Shown here: positions 37,701-48,040 of the stretch, piece by piece | Layout of the letters: every line of letters starts with the position of its first letter | Position numbering within the stretch: the first letter of the stretch is position 1 | DNA from: an uncultured delta proteobacterium | Lineage (GTDB): Bacteria; Myxococcota_A; Polyangia; Polyangiales; Polyangiaceae | Assembly (NCBI GenBank): GCA_963806225.1 | Contig: CAWDXG010000004.1 | Span: forward strand, 5,536,001 to 5,600,000 | Direction: 5' to 3' | Length of the DNA stretch: 64,000 nucleotides | Translations under genes and position numbers: made by a program | Notes under the pieces: generated by a model | What the model was told of the DNA's origin: nothing | Databases searched by the model: none | Seen by the model: the letters and a program-made list of their open reading frames with translations, nothing else

Positions 37701-38559
37701 CGTCCAGGCGTTCGTCGTGCGTGTCCTGGCGGAGCCAGGCTAGCCCGAAGTCGAGGATGTGCACTTCAGGCGGCCCGTCTTCCTGTTCCTCGACCAGCAC
37801 ATTGGACGGCTTCAGGTCTCCGTGGACGATGCCGCGCGCGTGTGCGTGGCCGAGCGCGGCCAGCACCTGGTCCACGATCGACCAGATGAGCTCGAAGCTC
37901 AGCCGCGCCGCGGTCAGATCGTGGAGCGAGACGCCGCTCGCGAGCTCCATGGCCAGGTACGGCGATCCATCGGCGAGCTGTCCGAAGTCGCGCGCGCGGA
38001 CGATACCGGGGTGGTCCAGGGCGGCGAGCGCGCGCGCCTCCTTGTAGAACCACATTACGTATTCGCCCGCGAGCTTTCCCTCGGGCGGGATAACGCGCTT
38101 GATCGCGACGAACTGGCCGCTGGCCTGGTCGCGGCAGCGATAGACGATCCCCATCCCGCCTTCGCCGAGGACCGAGACCACCTCGTAGCGATCGGCGATC
38201 ACATGGCCAGGCAGCACCGGCATCGGCGGCGGCGCGGGCAGATCCGAGACCATCACCTGTACGTCGCCGCCCGAGACCGGCTCGTAGTCGGACGGCGGGT
38301 TCGCGAAGTCGTTCGACTTGACGCTCGCAGCCGATGGGATGCTCGGCGGCGCACTGTCCGGCGGCGTGCTGTCCGGCGGAGCGCTGTCCGGCGGAGCGCT
38401 GTCCGGCTCCGGCTCGACCGGAATTGCCTGCGAGTGCGCAGCGTCGGTCGGAGTCGAGGGTAGAACCGTCCCCTTCGCGTCTCCGCCGTCCGCGGCAGAC
38501 GCCCGGACCGTTTCCGGTCGGGGGGATTTGTCGGGTTTCTGGGTGCCCCCGTTGGCCAT
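34749..38559 (-). CDS. Ser/Thr kinase - P-loop ATPase - TPR-like protein; one +1 frameshift near 37691
   Basis: GEGGMG, HGDLKPSN, DFG, then GTPGYMAPEQ in the next frame; LVGR, GPAGAGKS, LDDLH, GNPLF; helical repeats. Confidence 0.88.
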
Positions 38560-38715
38560 GACCGGCGCGAGTGTAACCGTCCGCGTCCCAACGTCGAGCG
38601 GACGCCGGGCCGAACGAATGGGAGAAGCCTATCCTACCGTAACGACCGGGCATTGTCGCGTCGGCCGAGCGGGGCGCCTGGCGTTCGATCGCACCTGGCG
38701 TTAGTCTCCCGCGCC

Positions 38716-39975
38716 ATGTCTGCACGCACCCAGCCCGAGCCGTTCCTCGCCGATTTCGACCCCGAAATCGCCCACTTGATCGAAGAAGAAGAGGGGCGCG
38801 AGCGCGACAAGCTGCGGCTGATCCCGAGCGAGAACTACGTCTCGAAGGCCGTGCTCGAGGCGAGCGGCTCGGTGCTGACCAACAAGTACTCCGAGGGCTA
38901 TGCCGGCCGGCGCTACTACGAGGGGCAGCAGCTCATCGATCAGATCGAGCAGCTGGCCCAGAGCCGGCTCAAGGAGCTGTTCGGCGCCGACCACGTCAAC
39001 GTCCAGCCCTACAGCGGCAGCCCGGCGAACCTCGCCGTGTACCTCGCCTTCTGCCAGCCGGGCGACTCCATCATGGGCCTCGGCCTGCCCTCGGGCGGTC
39101 ACCTGACGCACGGCTGGAACGTCAGCATCACCGGCAAATACTTCGCGAGCCACGCCTACGGCGTGAGCGAGAAGGACCACCGCATCGACTTTGCCCAGGT
39201 GCGTTCGCTGGCAAAGGAGCACAAGCCGAAGATCATCTGGTGCGGCACCACGGCCTACCCGCGGGTTCTCGAGTTCGACAAGTTCAGGGAAATCGCCGAC
39301 GAGGTCGGCGCGAAGCTCTGCGCGGACATCGCTCACATCGCGGGGCTCGTCGCCGGCGGCGCGCACCCGTCGCCCGTGGGCATCGCCGACGTGGTCACGA
39401 GCACGACGCACAAGACGCTGCGCGGTCCGCGCGGCGGCATCGTGATGTGCAAGGAGGAACACAGGAAGGCCATCGACCGTGCCGTCTTCCCGGGACTTCA
39501 GGGCGGCCCGCACAACCACACCACCGCCGGCATCGCCGTGGCGGCGAAGGAAGCGATGCAGCCTGCGTTCAAGGACTACGCGAAGCACGTGGTGGAAAAC
39601 GCCAGGGTGCTGGCCGAGGCGCTCGCCGGCAAGGGCTTCAACCTGATCACCGGCGGGACGGACAACCACCTGATCCTGATGGACCTCACGCCGAAGGGCG
39701 TGCCCGGCAAGGTCGCGGCCAAGGCGCTCGACGTCGCTGGCATCGTCTCGAACTACAACTCGATCCCCTTCGACCCGCGCAAGCCGTTCGACCCTTCCGG
39801 CCTGCGCATCGGCACGCCCGCCATCACGTCACGCGGCATGGGCGAAAGCGAGATGAAGAAGCTCGCCGACTGGATGGACGAGGTCGTCCAGCACCACGAC
39901 GACGAGAAGGTCCAGCAGCGCGTCGCCAGCGAAGTGAAAGAGCTCTGCAAGAGCTTCCCTCCGCCCGGGCTCTGA
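38716..39975 (+). CDS. glyA: Serine hydroxymethyltransferase
   Basis: LIPSEN, LTNKYSEGY, GGHLTHG, TTHKTLRGPRGG, FPGLQGGP, SGLRIGT. Confidence 0.97.
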   Translation: MSARTQPEPFLADFDPEIAHLIEEEEGRERDKLRLIPSENYVSKAVLEASGSVLTNKYSEGYAGRRYYEGQQLIDQIEQLAQSRLKELFGADHVNVQPYSGSPANLAVYLAFCQPGDSIMGLGLPSGGHLTHGWNVSITGKYFASHAYGVSEKDHRIDFAQVRSLAKEHKPKIIWCGTTAYPRVLEFDKFREIADEVGAKLCADIAHIAGLVAGGAHPSPVGIADVVTSTTHKTLRGPRGGIVMCKEEHRKAIDRAVFPGLQGGPHNHTTAGIAVAAKEAMQPAFKDYAKHVVENARVLAEALAGKGFNLITGGTDNHLILMDLTPKGVPGKVAAKALDVAGIVSNYNSIPFDPRKPFDPSGLRIGTPAITSRGMGESEMKKLADWMDEVVQHHDDEKVQQRVASEVKELCKSFPPPGL

Positions 39976-39982
39976 CGCGGCA

Positions 39983-41788
39983 TCACAAGACGGTGCAGGT
40001 GAGCGTGCGTTCGCTGCCGTTTGCGGCGCAGCTTTCCTTGCAGGCTTTGCCGGCTGGGCATGCGCACTGGTTGCAGCCGCAGCCAGTGGAGCAGCCCGCT
40101 GGCGGCGTGATGCACTGGTAGCTGTTCTGTGTGTGGACCTTGGTGAAATCCAGGGTGTGGCGGCAGACCTGGCTTTGCGCGTTGCAGAAGTACGGGCCGC
40201 AGGGGAAGGTGCCTGGCGGCGCGGAGCACTGGCCGGAGATCGACAGATCGGCGCCGCTCTGGGCCGCTTCACACGCGCTGGGGTAGGTTTTTCCGCCGCA
40301 TCCGCACACCGCGGCGCCGCCAGCCGGGCAGCTCGTCGGGATCGGCTCGCACTGTCCGGGCAGGCTGCCCTTGCCGCAGTTTTCGTCCGGTACCTTGCAG
40401 TACTGCCCCGAAGCGCAGGGCAGAAGCTCGGTGCACACGTCCGGCGGGCGGCAGCCCGGTTGGCCGAACAGCGTGCCGCCCGGCGGGCACGTCCAGGTGC
40501 CGTTGACGCAGGAGGCCACGCCGACCGTGCCGTCGGACTTGCAGCAGCCGTGCGGAACGACCGGGCAGGTCGTGCACTCGTCGCTGTGCACCATCCCGGT
40601 CGGGCACGTCCAGAACATGCCATCGCACACGGCCGGGGACAGCTGTCCGGAGCCGCACTTCGGCGTGCACGAGAAGGACACGACGCTGTTGCAGCTGCCG
40701 CCGTCCGGAAGTCCACCCTCCAGCACCCCGCCGTCGGAGTGCTGCCCGCAGCCGGCCACGACGCTGACCTTCGACTCGGCGCTTTCGTGCAGGAGCTGGC
40801 AGACCACCGGGCAGAGAACGATGCGGGTGGGAGCGACAGGGTCGTCGACGTAGAAGCCGTTGCCCGCGCCGCATGCCGTTGCCGAGGGGACTCGCGACAG
40901 CGCGGTCCCCGCACCGCCATTCGTCTGGATGTACGACGCCGTGACGTCGGACGGCTCTAGCGCGGCGTCGCCCACGCTGGGGATGGCGTACTCGCAGGTG
41001 CCGAGCGTCTTTCTCAGCCCTTCGAGCGCGTCCACCAGCTTCTGCGCCGACTGTGCGCTCTTGCCCACGATGACCGGCTTGCCGGTCCCGCCCGCGGCGG
41101 CGATCTGCGATAGCCCCTTCTCCGATGCCGCTTCCTGCCCGATGACGAAGGTGAGCACCTGGGGCGCGTCCTTCACGCCTTCCAGCGCCGTTTCCGCGAC
41201 GTTCGCGATCGACGAATCGCAGGCATTCGGAACGCCGTCGGTGACCAGGGCGATGGCGACTTCCTCGTGGGGATTGGCGATTTGCCGGGCGCGCGCGTAC
41301 TCGATGGCGGCGCGCAGGGCCAGCCGGGTGGGCGTGTCGCCTTCCAGCTTCTGCTTGGCCAGGGACGCCTTGATGTTGTCCGCGTTGCCGGGGAGCGGCG
41401 CGATCGGAACGGCGGGATGCACGTACGACTCCGCCAGGCAGCCATTCATGGGGAAGTAGGCCAGACCGATGCCCAGGCCCGCCGCGGCAGGATCGCTGAC
41501 GAATGCGGAAAGCGCCGACGTCGCCTCGTCCCACTTGTTGTCGTCGGCCATGCTGCCCGACTTGTCGAGCAGCACGTAGATGCTCAAGCTCGAGTAGCCG
41601 GACCTGTAGTTGGCGCGCGCGCAGAAGCTGGCGCTGGGCGGCGTCGCGCCGGCGTCCTCCTCTGCGATGTGCAGACCGGTGCGCGCGCCGCAGGCAGGGA
41701 CAAGCGACGCGGGGGCCAGCAGGAACAGAGCGGCTATGGCAGCTCGCACGCGCCGGGCTCGACCGGCCGTTGTCCTTTCGCGCCGCAT
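39983..41788 (-). CDS. VWA-domain lipoprotein with Cys-rich and Kazal-like C-terminus
   Basis: MIDAS DKSGS, TPT, LVTDG; VCGCGGKTYPSAC; leader ending VPAC. Confidence 0.82.
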   Translation of the reverse strand: MRRERTTAGRARRVRAAIAALFLLAPASLVPACGARTGLHIAEEDAGATPPSASFCARANYRSGYSSLSIYVLLDKSGSMADDNKWDEATSALSAFVSDPAAAGLGIGLAYFPMNGCLAESYVHPAVPIAPLPGNADNIKASLAKQKLEGDTPTRLALRAAIEYARARQIANPHEEVAIALVTDGVPNACDSSIANVAETALEGVKDAPQVLTFVIGQEAASEKGLSQIAAAGGTGKPVIVGKSAQSAQKLVDALEGLRKTLGTCEYAIPSVGDAALEPSDVTASYIQTNGGAGTALSRVPSATACGAGNGFYVDDPVAPTRIVLCPVVCQLLHESAESKVSVVAGCGQHSDGGVLEGGLPDGGSCNSVVSFSCTPKCGSGQLSPAVCDGMFWTCPTGMVHSDECTTCPVVPHGCCKSDGTVGVASCVNGTWTCPPGGTLFGQPGCRPPDVCTELLPCASGQYCKVPDENCGKGSLPGQCEPIPTSCPAGGAAVCGCGGKTYPSACEAAQSGADLSISGQCSAPPGTFPCGPYFCNAQSQVCRHTLDFTKVHTQNSYQCITPPAGCSTGCGCNQCACPAGKACKESCAANGSERTLTCTVL

Positions 41789-41805
41789 ACTCCCTCGCGA
41801 TGGGT

Positions 41806-43185
41806 CTACAGGATGATGATCCCGGTGCCGACCAGCAGCACGAATGTGCCGGCAATGACGATCAGCGTCAACATGACCACCAGCATCCAGGTGCGCTTGC
41901 GTTGCTCGCGCTCCAGGACTTCCACGGGGTCTCCGCCTTCATGGATATCGGCGATTGCTTTCAGATCGGGCTCGCTCGACATGGGTGTCGGGGCTTCGCC
42001 CAGCGCGACGTCCGGCGTCGAGGGCTGCGCGGCAATCGCCGGTGCGGATACGGCTCCCATGCGGGCGCCTGTACGCGCGCCCGTGCGCCGCGCTCGCCGC
42101 GCTCCGGGCGTCGACTGGGGACCGCTGTCCGGCGCCGACCGTGCGCCGGTATCCGAGCGCGGAAGCGGCGCCATGGCCGATAGGTCCGTGCGGCTGTTGA
42201 CCTCCGGGTCCCGGAGCCAGGTGCGGTACAGCGAGGTGCCGACGATGTCCTCGAACACGTCGCGCTCTTCGAGCCACGCGGCGAGCTCCTCGCCGAGCTC
42301 CCGCATGTTGGGCCAGCGCTCTTCCTTCTTCTTCTGCAGACCGCGTTCGAGGATCGCCTGCAGCTGGGGCTCGTCGATGCCGTGCTCCGCAATCGTCGCC
42401 GGCGTGTTCTCGATGATGGACCGCATCAAGGCGTTGTAGTTCTCGCCGTCGAACGGGCAGCTGCCGGTCAGGGCCTCGTACAGCACGACGCAGAAGCTCC
42501 ACAGGTCGGCCTGCTCCGTGGGCGGTTCACCGCGCGCCTGTTCCGGCGACATGTAGTCCGGTGTTCCGAGCGCAGACCCCTCCACGGTGAGCTTGCGGGG
42601 GCTGTCCACCATGCGTGCGATTCCGAAATCGAGCAGCTTCGGGATGACCGCAACCTCGTCGTGGACCAGGAAGATGTTCTCCGGTTTCACATCGCGGTGG
42701 ATGATGTTCTGCGCGTGCGCCGTCGCGAGCGCGTGGGCAATGGGCAAGAGCAGCTGCACGGCCTGGGCGGCGGCGATGCGCCCTTCGCGCTCGAGCAGAT
42801 CCGCGAGATCTTCCCCGTCCAGGAGCTCCATGGCGAGGAACGGGTCGCCGTGCCGCGTCTCGCCGAAGTCGTGGACACGTACGATCGACGCGTGTCCGAG
42901 GCGCGCCGCTGCGCGCGCCTCTTCGAGCAGCCGCTGGGTGAGCGCGCCGGCCGTGTGCCGGGTCCGGAGCTCGATCAGCTTGATGCCGACATGGACGTCG
43001 AGCACGTGGTTGTGGGCGACCCACACGGTGCCCATCCCACCTTCCCGGAGGAGGCGGATCAGCTCGTACTTGTCTCCGATGAGGTCACCGGGCCGGTAGC
43101 GCGAGAGCGGACCCGGAGCCGAGCTGGGGACTTCCCGCACTCCCGTGTGGGACGGGTCGCGCGTACGCTCGGGGATCGTAGCCAT
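41806..43185 (-). CDS. Ser/Thr protein kinase with C-terminal membrane anchor
   Basis: EGGMG, HRDVKPEN, DFG, GTPDYMSPEQ; hydrophobic terminal helix. Confidence 0.92.
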   Translation of the reverse strand: MATIPERTRDPSHTGVREVPSSAPGPLSRYRPGDLIGDKYELIRLLREGGMGTVWVAHNHVLDVHVGIKLIELRTRHTAGALTQRLLEEARAAARLGHASIVRVHDFGETRHGDPFLAMELLDGEDLADLLEREGRIAAAQAVQLLLPIAHALATAHAQNIIHRDVKPENIFLVHDEVAVIPKLLDFGIARMVDSPRKLTVEGSALGTPDYMSPEQARGEPPTEQADLWSFCVVLYEALTGSCPFDGENYNALMRSIIENTPATIAEHGIDEPQLQAILERGLQKKKEERWPNMRELGEELAAWLEERDVFEDIVGTSLYRTWLRDPEVNSRTDLSAMAPLPRSDTGARSAPDSGPQSTPGARRARRTGARTGARMGAVSAPAIAAQPSTPDVALGEAPTPMSSEPDLKAIADIHEGGDPVEVLEREQRKRTWMLVVMLTLIVIAGTFVLLVGTGIIIL

Positions 43186-43432
43186 CTAGTTGTCCAGGCT
43201 ATCATTTTGGCGGAACACGCCCCCCACAGCAAGAGTCCGGGCTGGCTCGGTTCTGGTCAGGGGGGAATTTGCTGCTTCTTCGACGCGACGCAGCATTCCG
43301 TCACGGCCTGTTCCGGCGAGTTTGCTGGTCCGAGGCCCCGGGCGCCGCTCCGCCGCGACAGGTTGGCCGCGCGTCACCCCCAGGGGTGATATGCGCGCCC
43401 ACCCCTTCTTGATACTATCGCATCCAGGGCTC

Positions 43433-45532
43433 ATGCGCGCAGAACGGGCTCGAAGAGAGCAATGGCTCGGTTCCTACCGGCTTGTCCGCCGGCTCGCCAC
43501 CGGCGGAATGGCGGAGGTGTACGAAGCGCGTCGCGTCGGTCCGGGGGGGTTCAGCAAGCGCTTCGCCATCAAACGCGTGCTCCCGCAGCTAGCCAGCGAT
43601 CCGCGCCTGCTCTCGATGTTCTGTGACGAAGCGCGCATCCACGCCGGGCTCTCGCATCCGAATCTCGTCCAGGTCGTCGATTTCGGTGACTCGCACGGCG
43701 AGCTCTACATGGCGATGGAGTACGTCGACGGCATCAACTGCGCCGAGCTGCTCGCTGCCGTCGAGTCCCGCGCCCGTAGCGTCGATCTCGCGCCCGCGCT
43801 GTTCATCGCCCGCGAGGTGCTGCGCGGGCTCGCCTACGCGCACGCCGCATGCGACGAGTCGGGGCAGCCGCTCCGGCTTGTGCACCGGGATGTCGCGCCC
43901 GGCAACATCCTGGTGGCCCGCTCCGGGGAGGTGAAGGTCGCGGACTTCGGGGTCATGCGTGGCCGCACGATCGAAGCGCGCACCGCGCCCGGCGAGATCA
44001 AGGGCAAGATCGGATACGTTTCGCCGGAGCAGGCACTGGGCAGGGACCTGGATGAGCGCAGCGATCTCTTCTCGCTCGGGGTGGTCCTGGCGGAGCTCCT
44101 GCTCGGCAGACCCCTCTTCCCGGGCAACACCGAGCTCGAGATCCTGGAGAACCTCCACCGAGGCAACCTGCAGACGCTGCAAGATCACGGGCGTCACATC
44201 CCCGAGGACGCCCGGGCGGTCCTACTGCATGCGCTGGAGCGCGATCCGGAGCTGCGCTTCTCGTGTGCCCGGGATTTCATCGCGGCCGTGGAGCAGGTGA
44301 TGGCCGCCCATCGCGTGGCCGCATCATCCGTCGCCCTCTCGGAATGGCTTGCGGATCTGGGCGTGCTGCCGATCGAGAGCAGCGTGCAGGACATGCCCGG
44401 GCCGAGGCACTCCGGCGAGCACGCCAAGGGCGACAATCCCTATGGCACCCGGATCGCCGGAGCGGTCCCGCAATCGATCTCGATGGCTCCGGACATCTCC
44501 GGCTTCCGCACGGCGGTCACGCCCGCCCGCGTCGGACACTCCGCTGGCGTTGTGCCCGCTGCGCGCGACCCGGTAGTCGAGGCGGACTACCGGATGCGCC
44601 GACCCGGCGGCACCATCGTCGGACCGCTTTCGCTGCCACGGCTGCTGGAGATGATCGCCACTGCCCGTGTCGGGCTCGACACTCTGGTGTCGCATGACGG
44701 CGGACCTTTTCTTCCGGTCGCGTCCGTGCAGGAGCTTTCGCGGCTCGCGTCGCGTTCCGCGTACCGGTTCTTCGAACCACTGGAGGGGCGGCGCCGGCAG
44801 CGCGCGGGCATCGACCGCGCCACGCTGCCTGCGTTATTGGCGAGTCTGGTGCTGCACCGCCAGACCGGTCTGCTGGTCGCCACGTCGCGGCGCGAACAGA
44901 AGCGGATCTACTTCGTGGACGGTTCACCGCTGTTCACGGCATCGACCGATCACGACGAGCTTCTGGGGTCCCGCCTCGTCGCCGACGGGCTGATGGATCG
45001 CGAATCGCTGGAGGGCGTTCTCGAACGAGGCTACCGGACCGGTCATCGGCTGGGCGAATCGTTGATTGCCGCAGGAGTGCTCAAGCCGAGCGGGCTCTTG
45101 AAGGCCGTCGCCGAGCAGCGCAGCGCGCGCATCACCGGGCTGTGCCGCTGGCCCGTCGGTGAGTTGTGCTTCGTGGAGGGTGTCCGTTGCGGGGAGGAAG
45201 CCGTCAGTCCGCCGGGCTCACCCCTCAAGCTGATGGCCGCCGCGATCCTCGCCGCGTACACCGACGACGAGATCGCCGCGCTGCTCGAGCCGCTACGCGC
45301 CGAATCGCTGGAACGCCGGCATGCGGCTGCCCGGCTCGGAGTGATGCTGGATCTGCCTGTTGCCCAGGCGCGCGCCCTGGCGCTGGCCGGCGGCGGGGCC
45401 TGCCTCGACGCCTTGATCCACGATGCCGCTCTCGCGAATGCGGCCGATGCGGCCCAGGTGCGCCGGGCGGTGTTCATCGGTCTGGCCGTCGGCGCGATCG
45501 GCTGCCAGAGCCGGCCGGCGGCGGCGTTCTAG
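43433..45532 (+). CDS. Ser/Thr protein kinase with C-terminal GYF-like and DUF4388/PATAN-like regions
   Basis: GGMAEV, HRDVAPGN, DFG, KGKIGYVSPEQ; GTIVGP; TGLL...KRIYFVDG...LGSRLV..G...RLGESL. Confidence 0.85.
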   Translation: MRAERARREQWLGSYRLVRRLATGGMAEVYEARRVGPGGFSKRFAIKRVLPQLASDPRLLSMFCDEARIHAGLSHPNLVQVVDFGDSHGELYMAMEYVDGINCAELLAAVESRARSVDLAPALFIAREVLRGLAYAHAACDESGQPLRLVHRDVAPGNILVARSGEVKVADFGVMRGRTIEARTAPGEIKGKIGYVSPEQALGRDLDERSDLFSLGVVLAELLLGRPLFPGNTELEILENLHRGNLQTLQDHGRHIPEDARAVLLHALERDPELRFSCARDFIAAVEQVMAAHRVAASSVALSEWLADLGVLPIESSVQDMPGPRHSGEHAKGDNPYGTRIAGAVPQSISMAPDISGFRTAVTPARVGHSAGVVPAARDPVVEADYRMRRPGGTIVGPLSLPRLLEMIATARVGLDTLVSHDGGPFLPVASVQELSRLASRSAYRFFEPLEGRRRQRAGIDRATLPALLASLVLHRQTGLLVATSRREQKRIYFVDGSPLFTASTDHDELLGSRLVADGLMDRESLEGVLERGYRTGHRLGESLIAAGVLKPSGLLKAVAEQRSARITGLCRWPVGELCFVEGVRCGEEAVSPPGSPLKLMAAAILAAYTDDEIAALLEPLRAESLERRHAAARLGVMLDLPVAQARALALAGGGACLDALIHDAALANAADAAQVRRAVFIGLAVGAIGCQSRPAAAF

Positions 45533-45669
45533 CGGGCTGTCTGGAGGATCGCGTAGATGGCCCAGCCGGTCAGCGCGATGCCGAGCAGCACCACGAAAAG
45601 TACCCAGCCGGAGGACACGACGAGCCCCGAGCGCTCGCGGCGGGGAGGCGGCTCGTCGGGCGGCGTCAT
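45529..45669 (-). CDS. Small single-pass membrane protein (46 aa)
   Basis: One hydrophobic helix; TACACT box 6 nt before ATG. Confidence 0.55.
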   Translation of the reverse strand: MTPPDEPPPRRERSGLVVSSGWVLFVVLLGIALTGWAIYAILQTAR

Positions 45670-45700
45670 GCCGGCAGTGTAGTCACGCGCCGCGCTCGGT

Positions 45701-46630
45701 CTACCCGGAGCCAGCACGAAGCGCCTGGGTGATACGTTCGCGATCGGGGCGCTGCGCCGGGTCGGTGCCCAGCAGCGCCGCGCAGAGCTCGTCGAGCTCT
45801 GCCGGGACGTGTTCCCGGCCGACGAGCAGGCTCGGGTGCGGAGCGCCCACGGTGCGCTTTCGCACGAACATGGCCTGCGCCGAGCCGCTGAACGGTAGAG
45901 AGCCCGTCAGCGCTTCGAACAGCATGACGCCCACCGCGTACCAGTCGCTGGCCGGCCCGGAGCTCGCGCGGTCCCATTGTTCAGGAGCCATGTAGGCCGC
46001 CGTACCGACCATCTCGCCCGATTCGTGCTCGTCGGGCAGGCCCAGATGGGTGACGAGGCCGTAGTCGAGCAAGACCAATCGGCCGCGGGGCGTGACCCGG
46101 ACGTTGTGCGGTCTGAGGTCGCGATGCACCAGCCCTGCGTCGTGGACCGCGCCCACCGCCGAGACCAGATCGGAAAACGCCTGGCGGAGACGCGCGATCC
46201 CCTCGGGTGTGCAGGGCGCATAGGCCGACCGACCCATCTCCTGGACGGGCTGCCCGAACGCCAGCGGCATGCTTCTCGGGGGCGCGGCTGGTTGCGACGG
46301 GCGGCGCAGATCCGAGCGAACGTACGCGACCAGATCGCTTCCTTCGACCAGCTCCATGGTGAAGAAGCGATCCTCCTCGTCGAGGAACAGTTCGTAGAGC
46401 CGCACCAGGTTGTCGTGTTCCACGTGCGAAAGGATCGAGAACTCGCGCTCGAAGCGCGCCAGCTGGGTCGGGTCGAGGCGGCCGGCGTCCTTGAGCAGTT
46501 TCAGCGCCACGCTCTGGCCGGTCTGTCGGTCGCGCGCCTGGTAGACAACGGCGAACTGACCTTCGCCGAGCTCGCGCTGGATCACGAAACGCCCGAACTC
46601 CCCGAGCACCGTCGGAGTACCTTGAGTCAT
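45701..46630 (-). CDS. Kinase-domain-only Ser/Thr protein kinase with variant motifs
   Basis: GEGQFA, VALK, HRDLRPHN, DYG, GTAAYMAPEQ. Confidence 0.85.
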   Translation of the reverse strand: MTQGTPTVLGEFGRFVIQRELGEGQFAVVYQARDRQTGQSVALKLLKDAGRLDPTQLARFEREFSILSHVEHDNLVRLYELFLDEEDRFFTMELVEGSDLVAYVRSDLRRPSQPAAPPRSMPLAFGQPVQEMGRSAYAPCTPEGIARLRQAFSDLVSAVGAVHDAGLVHRDLRPHNVRVTPRGRLVLLDYGLVTHLGLPDEHESGEMVGTAAYMAPEQWDRASSGPASDWYAVGVMLFEALTGSLPFSGSAQAMFVRKRTVGAPHPSLLVGREHVPAELDELCAALLGTDPAQRPDRERITQALRAGSG

Positions 46631-46634
46631 CCCG

Positions 46635-47961
46635 CTACGCGCTCTGCTGGAAGTCGTACACTGGGCCGAGAGCCAAGATCCGCGTCAGCTCGTCGAGTGC
46701 CGTGTGCACCTCGACGAGTAGGGTCGGGTCGGCCAGATCCGACGCTACCAGGCGGTCGCGGTAGTGCCGCTCGACCCACGCGGTGAGCTCGGCAAACAGG
46801 GCATCATCGAAAAACACCCGCGCGCCGATCGCGTCGCGCTCCGCATTCGTCAGCGGCACCCTGAGCCTGAGGCACGCCGGGCCGCCGCCGTTGTTCATCG
46901 ATTCGTTCACGTCGATGTAGTGTACCGCCTCGACCGGGTTTTGCCCGGCGATGACGCGCTCGAGAAAGCGTCGCGTTCTGGCGTTCCGCTCGCTCTCCCG
47001 GGGTGCGATGATGGCCATGCTCCCCGAAGGAAGCGTTACCAGCTGCGAATTGAACGGATAGGCGGCCACGGCGTCCGCGACGGGCAACTCGGAACGGCCT
47101 GCCAGGCAGTAGGAGAAGTCTGTCCCGAGCCGCGATGCGAGCAAGTGGGTGAGCTCTTCTTGATCGACGAAGGCCGCTTCGTGCAGCATCAGGAAGCGGT
47201 CGTTGCCGACCGCGAGCACATCCGTGTGGAACGCCCCCGCGTCGATGCCCTCCGGGCTCTGCTGCCAGAGCAGCACGCCGTCGCCGGGCAGCTCGTGCAG
47301 GCGCGAGATCGCGCTGCTCGCCTCGCGCGTCTGGCGGGCCGGGAAGCGGGTGGGGGCCGCGCCCTCTCCCCACGTGCTACGGCCCCAGGCCAGCAGGTGC
47401 AGCGCCGCCTGCGATGTCGCCAGCCGGGTGTGGTTCGCGGCTCCCTCGTCGGCGAAATGCTCGCCGGCCGGCAGCGGATCGTGCACCACGAAGCGGTCGG
47501 GGTCGGCGAAGATGCGCCGGAGCACTGCGGTCGTCACCCGCGCTTCCAGCGCGCGGTGGAACATGGAGCTCAGGTTGGCGGGCGTCAGGTGCACGCGGCC
47601 GTCCCGTGCGTCATGGGATGGTGCGACCGTCGCTGCGTTCGCGGTCCACATCGACGACGCGCTGCTGCACAGCCTGAGCAGCTGGCCGTCGCCCTCGGCG
47701 GCGCGTGCCAGAACCGTGGCGTTGTCGCCTGCGAACCCGAGCCGCCGGAGGGCCTCGACGTTCCGGCCGTGGCTGCGGCGGCAATACGGCCTGCCCCACC
47801 CCCAGCGAGGCCACGAAGCGCATCTTCGCCAGCCCCTGCAGCGCTGCAGAGCGCGGATTGGACACCTCGCCCGCATGCGACGCGCTTGCCAGATTGCCGG
47901 GGCTCAAGCCCGCGAAATTGTGCGTCGGGCCGACCAGCCCGTCGAAGTTGTACTCGCGCAC
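46635..47961 (-). CDS. astB: N-succinylarginine dihydrolase; one +1 frameshift near 47763
   Basis: [66 protein letters not shown]. Confidence 0.92.
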
Positions 47962-48040
47962 AGCCGCCAGCGTAGTGTCAGCCCGCCGTGCCGGCAATCA
48001 CGGCCCGCGTCGCGTCGCTATCAAGCAGCTCGACAGCTGC

